Shown: positions 54,731-64,000 of the stretch, piece by piece
How the letters are laid out: each line of letters begins with the position of its first letter
Position numbering within the stretch: the first letter of the stretch is position 1
Assembly (NCBI GenBank): GCA_028286905.1
Contig: JAQBQP010000002.1
Span: 309,458 to 373,457, forward strand
From: Candidatus Doudnabacteria bacterium
Lineage (GTDB): Bacteria; Patescibacteriota; Doudnabacteria; UBA920; VMFF01
Direction of reading: 5' to 3'
DNA: 64,000 bases
The notes under the pieces: generated by a model
Told to the model about the DNA's origin: nothing
Database searches by the model: none
What the model saw: the letters and a program-made list of their open reading frames with translations, nothing else
Made by a program: the position numbers and the translations under genes

Positions 54731-55579
54731 ATGACTAAGCGCATTCGTAATTTACTGTTGGCGCTGTCTGCCTGCTTCACGGTTCTAACGCCAGTCTCGG
54801 CATTCGCTCAGCGCGTCTACGTTCAGTCGAATATTCCTCCATTCGAGATCAACGGGTATATCTCGCTGGACGGCAGCAACTCGCTAACCAAGGGCGACAC
54901 CGCAACTGGACAGCTCGAAGGATTCATCGCGTTCCCGTTCAAGGAGAGCCTCGGCGCTTTCGCGAAGGTCCGTGCAGCTACCACCAATTCCAACGGCCGC
55001 TACTTTCGGACAATGGGTGGCATCGTCTTTGCTTTTGGCGACCAGGCCCAATTCGGGTTTGGCGGCGGCGAAGAGTTCCGAAACCGCAATTCTTCGGATA
55101 CGTGCGAGCGAGACACCCGTTTCACCTACAGCAACAACTACTGCTACGGCAGTAACTACGGTGGGTTCGATCGCAGCGCAGATGTCGTGATGGCCTACAT
55201 CTATACTCACGACAAGAACAGCCACTTTCGCGGCTCAGTGGAGGTTTCCCGGCTGAACGGCTATTACGGCTACAGCTATTCGTACAGCACGTACGACAGC
55301 AGGAATTCGTACGGCAGTTATTACGAACAGCCTGACGCCTACTATTATGACGCCGAATACATGTTCGCGATGTTTGGCACCGACCGCAACGGAACATCGC
55401 TGGGTGCAATGGCTCGGCGTCATACCGGCGTCGGCCCAAAGATCACGCTGAACATGGACAACTTCGTAATCGGCGCATTCGCAGGGTGGGACGCCGAACG
55501 TCCACAGCTGAACCCCGGCCACTCCACTGGCGCGGACAACCGGATGATTCTCTCAGTAAGCGCGATGCTTCGGCTGTAG
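54731..55579 (+). CDS. GC-rich secreted Tyr/Gly/Ser-rich protein (signal peptide, beta-rich; OMP-like composition)
   Basis: 282 aa from ATG 54731 (SD AGAGGTACGAG); signal peptide LLLALSACFTVLTPVSAFA-Q; Y/G/S/N-rich repeats; GC around 58%; followed by terminator CAGAGCACTT-N6-AAGTGCTCTG-TTTT at 55614-55648. Confidence 0.55.
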   Translation: MTKRIRNLLLALSACFTVLTPVSAFAQRVYVQSNIPPFEINGYISLDGSNSLTKGDTATGQLEGFIAFPFKESLGAFAKVRAATTNSNGRYFRTMGGIVFAFGDQAQFGFGGGEEFRNRNSSDTCERDTRFTYSNNYCYGSNYGGFDRSADVVMAYIYTHDKNSHFRGSVEVSRLNGYYGYSYSYSTYDSRNSYGSYYEQPDAYYYDAEYMFAMFGTDRNGTSLGAMARRHTGVGPKITLNMDNFVIGAFAGWDAERPQLNPGHSTGADNRMILSVSAMLRL

Positions 55580-55726
55580 CGCACGTTGTCGAGCAGATTG
55601 TGATGTCTCTGAACAGAGCACTTTGAAAGAAGTGCTCTGTTTTGATTTAGTCACTAAGCTTTATTTATTGACGTTTTAAATTGCTAAGTATAAAATAGCA
55701 AAGTACCAAACCCATACGGAGGTTGT

Positions 55727-56164
55727 ATGCTTTGTATACAGAACGGTAGTGCTGAAGACCGGGTTAGCCTGGCTGCGTCCATCCGCATCGGAATACGGAT
55801 GGACGTGGTGACCGAAGGCAAGGAAGCCTATCTCTACCGACCCTCGGTTGATATCGATAGGTACTGCGGCTGTGCGATGTTGATCGGCGCGGTAGGAAGC
55901 GTGGGAAACCTCGAAGAAACGATTTGTCGTTTCCGCACTGGCTGTCCGGGCAACCCGATCGATCGACTATCGCGAATCGTGGGGATTCCGAATGAGCTCG
56001 GACGAGAGGTGGAGCACCATCATCGTCTAGGCGTTAGCGCCTTCGAGATCGCGGAAGCGCTTGATTCGACACCTGTCGCCGCCAGAAACCTCACCCAGAA
56101 CAACGGCTTCGGTGGTATCACGGACTTGAGCCAACTGGGTTCACACGACCTGGCTTCAGCCTAG
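55727..56164 (+). CDS. GC-rich hypothetical protein (145 aa)
   Basis: GGAGG SD 4 nt before the ATG; upstream TTGACG-N17-TAAAAT promoter; followed by terminator AATACGCCG...CGGCGTATT-TTTG (56192-56230). Confidence 0.45.
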   Translation: MLCIQNGSAEDRVSLAASIRIGIRMDVVTEGKEAYLYRPSVDIDRYCGCAMLIGAVGSVGNLEETICRFRTGCPGNPIDRLSRIVGIPNELGREVEHHHRLGVSAFEIAEALDSTPVAARNLTQNNGFGGITDLSQLGSHDLASA

Positions 56165-56250
56165 GTTCAACCGTCTCGTATACAGAAAGCAAATACGCCG
56201 CCCTCTGAGATAAGAGAGCGGCGTATTTTGTTATTCGAGGGTGGACCTTC

Positions 56251-60802
<4,552 letters not shown>

Positions 60803-60811
60803 ATATAAAGT

Positions 60812-62383
60812 TTAGTAATAAGTGCATCCGTCCGCGGTACATAAGTAACCCTTCTTACCTGTTGGTGGGGTTTCTAAAGAGCTTTGTAGGGCAAAACCAT
60901 CTCTGGTAGGAGTAACGGAGTAAACATAGTCCTGATGTGTGGACGGGTCTAACGGCACATCGCTGATATATTTAGGTGCCAGATCCGTTTTCCAACTAGC
61001 TTGTAACGGATAAATTTTTTGATCAGGAGTGTTTTGATCAGCGTTATCGGAGGAATAATTTTCCAGCAAAGAAGCAATCTGCTCTAAATCGGCTTTACGT
61101 TGACTATCTCTCTGAATAACCTGTTCTTTGTTATAGGTGGTGGTGGCATTCTTAGCGCTAATTGAAATCGCTTGATTTTGCGTTTCAGAATAGTAACCAA
61201 GTTTGAAATCAGTTCCATTTGAAAGCACGGTGTAATTGTAAATAAATGGAGCAACGTTCTTTGGATCGGTGGTATTTATTGCTTGGTTTTGAATTAAAGG
61301 TTTGATTAGCTTAATCATTTCATCAAAAGTTGTGACGTTCGGATATTTAGAGTTACTTTGTTGATATTGTAATAATGCAAAGCTAATCTGTTTGATTGTA
61401 TCCGCTCTTTGAGTATCGCGATCCAATGCATCAGCTTGATTTGTAGGAGGAGAAATTACAATTAATCCACTTGGTTTGCCAAAATTCGTATAGAAATCTA
61501 CCAGGGCCTGGCCAATCGTTGTGATAGTAGGTTCATGTAAACCAAACTTTGCAATGTTAGCTGCGATTGTCGCTAAGTCTGCGTCCGTAAAAAGTTTTGA
61601 GCTAGTAGCGTTGTATTTTGTTTTTAATTCAACTGAATCTGGGTATTTCAAATTTCCTGAAGTATCGGCGTTTTGCGCATTAGTTGCAAAGATATTTACC
61701 TCGTCGCCGTCAGCTATACCATCCTTATCGCTATCAGCATTATTCGGGTCGGTTTGCCCTTGATATTCTTGAAGATTAGTTAAGCCATCATGGTCGGGAT
61801 CCGCCGCATCACCACAAACTGAATCGTCTACACAGGTATTACTATTAAAGTATTTCAATCTCCACTCCTTAGGGATTTGAGAAATCACCACAGGAGTTAT
61901 CGTGTCGCTAGAGTTATCTGGAATGGTTGAAGTGGTGTTTTCAGGAACATTAGTATTTGTGCTTACTGAACTGACAGCGGATTTTTTGTAGACTCCAAAA
62001 TAAGCATAGGCTGCGCCGCCAATAATTAACAAGCCGATAAGCGCCGCTAAGCCGATCCAAATATATTTTCTTTTTGTACCAGCCGGGTGCAGATTAAAGG
62101 AATTATCGTTGGCGTTTAAATTTGGGTCCTTTTCTACTAAATCTTCACGAGTCATTGTTGTTTCAGGTCTTTCTGCAAGAACTGGGGCAGCATAAGGCGC
62201 TGGAGTTGGTAATGGATTAATCAAAGACTTTGCCGGCTGTGCTGTAGAGGAGGTTGTAGCTACAGGTACTGGCACAGTTGGACGCACAAGCGGTGCTCCG
62301 CCAGATTTAAAATTGCCTCGAGGCATCGTTTTATAAACCAGGTCGTCAACATTGTTTGTATTTTGTGGTTCTTTTAGGTCCAT
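60812..62383 (-). CDS. membrane-anchored secreted protein with Thr/Pro-rich linker and thrombospondin-type-3-like Ca-binding Asp repeats
   Basis: 523 aa; TM at about residue 115; DPDHDGLTNLQEYQGQTDPNNADSDKDGIADGDE Asp-rich repeats; no catalytic motif recognised. Confidence 0.45.
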   Translation of the reverse strand: MDLKEPQNTNNVDDLVYKTMPRGNFKSGGAPLVRPTVPVPVATTSSTAQPAKSLINPLPTPAPYAAPVLAERPETTMTREDLVEKDPNLNANDNSFNLHPAGTKRKYIWIGLAALIGLLIIGGAAYAYFGVYKKSAVSSVSTNTNVPENTTSTIPDNSSDTITPVVISQIPKEWRLKYFNSNTCVDDSVCGDAADPDHDGLTNLQEYQGQTDPNNADSDKDGIADGDEVNIFATNAQNADTSGNLKYPDSVELKTKYNATSSKLFTDADLATIAANIAKFGLHEPTITTIGQALVDFYTNFGKPSGLIVISPPTNQADALDRDTQRADTIKQISFALLQYQQSNSKYPNVTTFDEMIKLIKPLIQNQAINTTDPKNVAPFIYNYTVLSNGTDFKLGYYSETQNQAISISAKNATTTYNKEQVIQRDSQRKADLEQIASLLENYSSDNADQNTPDQKIYPLQASWKTDLAPKYISDVPLDPSTHQDYVYSVTPTRDGFALQSSLETPPTGKKGYLCTADGCTYY

Positions 62384-62400
62384 ATTTTTATTTTAGTAAA

Positions 62401-63429
62401 CTAAAATTGATTAAGAAAACGTAAATCATTTTCAGCAAAAAGCCTGATGTCTGGAATCGAATATTTCATCAAAGCAAGCCTGCTTAAGCCGAAACCAAAT
62501 GCGAATCCGGTATATTCGCCTTGTTTATAACCGCTAGCCGCAAGAACTTTTTGATGAATCATACCGCAACCAAAAACTTCAACCCAACCAGTCTGTTTGC
62601 ATACGGAACAACCCTTACCTTTACAAACAAGGCAAGAAATAAAACCTTCTGCCGCCGGCTCAACGAAAGGAAAATATGAAGGAAGTAACTTGGTTTGAAC
62701 GTCTTTGCCAAAAACCTCTTTCATTACATAATCCAAGGTCCAAGCCATATTCGCGTAAGAAACATTTTTTCCAACCACAAATCCTTCCATGTATTGATAG
62801 GTATGTTCATGGGAAGCGTCTAGGCTCTCGTTTCTAAAAACTCTGCCCGGTAAAACCACTGAGAATGGGGGCTTATGTTTTTCCATGTAGCGTACCTGCA
62901 TATTAGAAATATGCGTCCGCAAAACAATATTTTTACCAGGATGTTTTTTTGGATGCTCGATGTCCATATAGAAAGTGTCCTGCATATCTCTAGCCGGGTG
63001 GTCTTCAGGAATGTTTAGAGCTTCAAAGTTGTAATAATCACTCTCAATTTCCGGCCCAAGTTGAACATCAAAACCCAAACCAAAGAAAATGTCTTCAATT
63101 TCTTTTTGTAACTGAGAAATTGGATGCATATGCCCCACCTCGGGCTTTATTGCTGGAATGCTTAAATCCACAAAAACATTTTTTTCTGTTAAAGTTTTCT
63201 CTTTTTCTGCCAATGTTTCTTCAATTTTTCTTTTAAGTTCGTTCAAAGAACCGCCAAATTCTTTCTTTTTTTCGATGCTCCAATTTTTTAGATCTTCAAA
63301 AAGCAAAGTAATTAAGCCTTCTTTTCGGCCCAGATACTTAGTTTTAATGTTCTGCAAAGAGCTTCCGTCTGCTATATTAGAAAGATCATGCTCAAATTCG
63401 TTTTGTAGTTTTTTTAAAGTATCAAGCAT
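62401..63429 (-). CDS. pheS: phenylalanine--tRNA ligase alpha subunit
   Basis: 342 aa; class II motifs (FRNE, GFAFGFGLSRL). Confidence 0.9.
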   Translation of the reverse strand: MLDTLKKLQNEFEHDLSNIADGSSLQNIKTKYLGRKEGLITLLFEDLKNWSIEKKKEFGGSLNELKRKIEETLAEKEKTLTEKNVFVDLSIPAIKPEVGHMHPISQLQKEIEDIFFGLGFDVQLGPEIESDYYNFEALNIPEDHPARDMQDTFYMDIEHPKKHPGKNIVLRTHISNMQVRYMEKHKPPFSVVLPGRVFRNESLDASHEHTYQYMEGFVVGKNVSYANMAWTLDYVMKEVFGKDVQTKLLPSYFPFVEPAAEGFISCLVCKGKGCSVCKQTGWVEVFGCGMIHQKVLAASGYKQGEYTGFAFGFGLSRLALMKYSIPDIRLFAENDLRFLNQF

Positions 63430-63805
63430 GAGGGTTAGCTGAAAGAAAAAATCCTTCCAGCATTATTAATGTAATTATAAAAATTATTTCCAACCACCAA
63501 TATAAAAGCTGGTGTGCTGACAAAATTAGCGATCCGACAATTAGCAGGGTCAGCCAGATTGACTGTCGAAACGAAGTGGACATTCTCTGAGAGTGCAGAC
63601 CTTCGTTTTTTTTGCCCCTAAACTGATAAAGAATTAAGGCACAGAAGCTAAAAATGCACGCCGCCAAACATAGATAAAATAAAACTAGCAAAAAAGCAGA
63701 AAGCTGTAGCGGGTCCGAAGTAAAAAAGAAAATCAAAGTAAAGATTAAAAAGATTACACCTACTACAAATATGGAGAGCAGTTGATTTCTAATGTTTTGA
63801 AGCAT
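63422..63805 (-). CDS. small polytopic membrane protein of unknown function
   Basis: 127 aa, 3-4 hydrophobic helices; overlaps the pheS start. Confidence 0.4.
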   Translation of the reverse strand: MLQNIRNQLLSIFVVGVIFLIFTLIFFFTSDPLQLSAFLLVLFYLCLAACIFSFCALILYQFRGKKNEGLHSQRMSTSFRQSIWLTLLIVGSLILSAHQLLYWWLEIIFIITLIMLEGFFLSANPHA

Positions 63806-64000
63806 GGCTTATAGCTAGATTATACCATATTTATGCCTATTTAATCCAATTCGGAAAACTCGCAGTCATGCTGGATCTTTGCATCAAGCTGCTTAAAGGT
63901 ATTATGGGCTACCGCATGGCGAATATCCTCAATCGTTTGCAACAAGCTTGCCTTTAACTCTTCAATCTCTTCAGTGGTCCCTAGCAATGGTTCGGATTTA

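Noticed and set aside
54884-55522. Cys/Arg-rich ORFs (113, 105, 95 aa) on the - strand inside the GC-rich secreted-protein gene
   Set aside because: Antisense artefacts of GC-rich coding sequence; no start context.
63841-64000. Partial ORF on the - strand at the window edge (C-terminus ...IEDIRHAVAHNTFKQLDAKIQHDCEFSELD)
   Set aside because: Only about 50 C-terminal residues visible; family not recognisable; not reported as a feature.

Overview
The window is about 64 kb of low-GC (roughly 35-40% by eye) bacterial chromosome. It has short genes, weak Shine-Dalgarno sites and minimalist, small-genome (possibly Patescibacteria/CPR-like) housekeeping content, all inferred from sequence only. The standard genetic code applies, because prfB carries the classical UGA +1 frameshift site.

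The conserved backbone is:
- one tRNA-Gln(CTG);
- tag, engB, a DEAD-box helicase, two peptide deformylases, and a def-exonuclease-fmt operon;
- rarA, trhO, an ABC-F protein, gltX, a nifS-nifU-ferredoxin operon, rpmA, pyrG and rplI;
- ftsEX and prfB;
- a dNTP-metabolism cluster (NUDIX, a ThyX-like protein, tmk, two P-loop kinases, dut, dcd);
- the secE-nusG-rplK-rplA cluster, gyrB, and pheS/pheT.

The most interesting region is a roughly 7.7 kb accessory island at about 24.04-31.76 kb. It is bounded by an imperfect 17-19 bp direct repeat, and the right copy overlaps the 3' end of a PspC-domain gene. The island carries a two-gene operon: a 682-aa protein with an N-terminal PHP phosphoesterase domain fused to an ABC/SMC-like ATPase, plus a 114-aa partner. 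The large protein has a Ppl-like architecture and is a candidate anti-phage defence gene. Two roughly 70-nt imperfect direct repeats sit upstream of two promoters in the island. Its remaining genes are an orphan ParB/Spo0J-like gene, a DUF559-like endonuclease, an HExxH protein, and small Cys-rich (zinc-ribbon-like) proteins, two of which are coupled by an ATGA overlap.

Five strongly GC-rich modules (about 55-60% GC) stand out across the window. Each is a self-contained unit with a near-consensus sigma70 promoter, a strong GGAGG-type RBS, small membrane, Cys-rich or secreted proteins, and a clean intrinsic terminator. They lie in intergenic positions at 27.0-28.6, 30.4-31.7, 39.5-40.5, 50.55-50.76 and 54.6-56.2 kb. 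They suggest horizontally acquired cargo, or possibly chimeric or contaminant sequence.

Other notable items:
- a TagA/WecB glycosyltransferase fused to a NUDIX hydrolase;
- a cluster of secreted cell-wall peptidases: M23, a VirB2/TrbC-like segment fused to a C39-like domain, and an M15-like protein;
- an upstream region with three CACGTG palindromes;
- an 18-bp intergenic repeat present at two distant loci.

No CRISPR array or rRNA gene was found.
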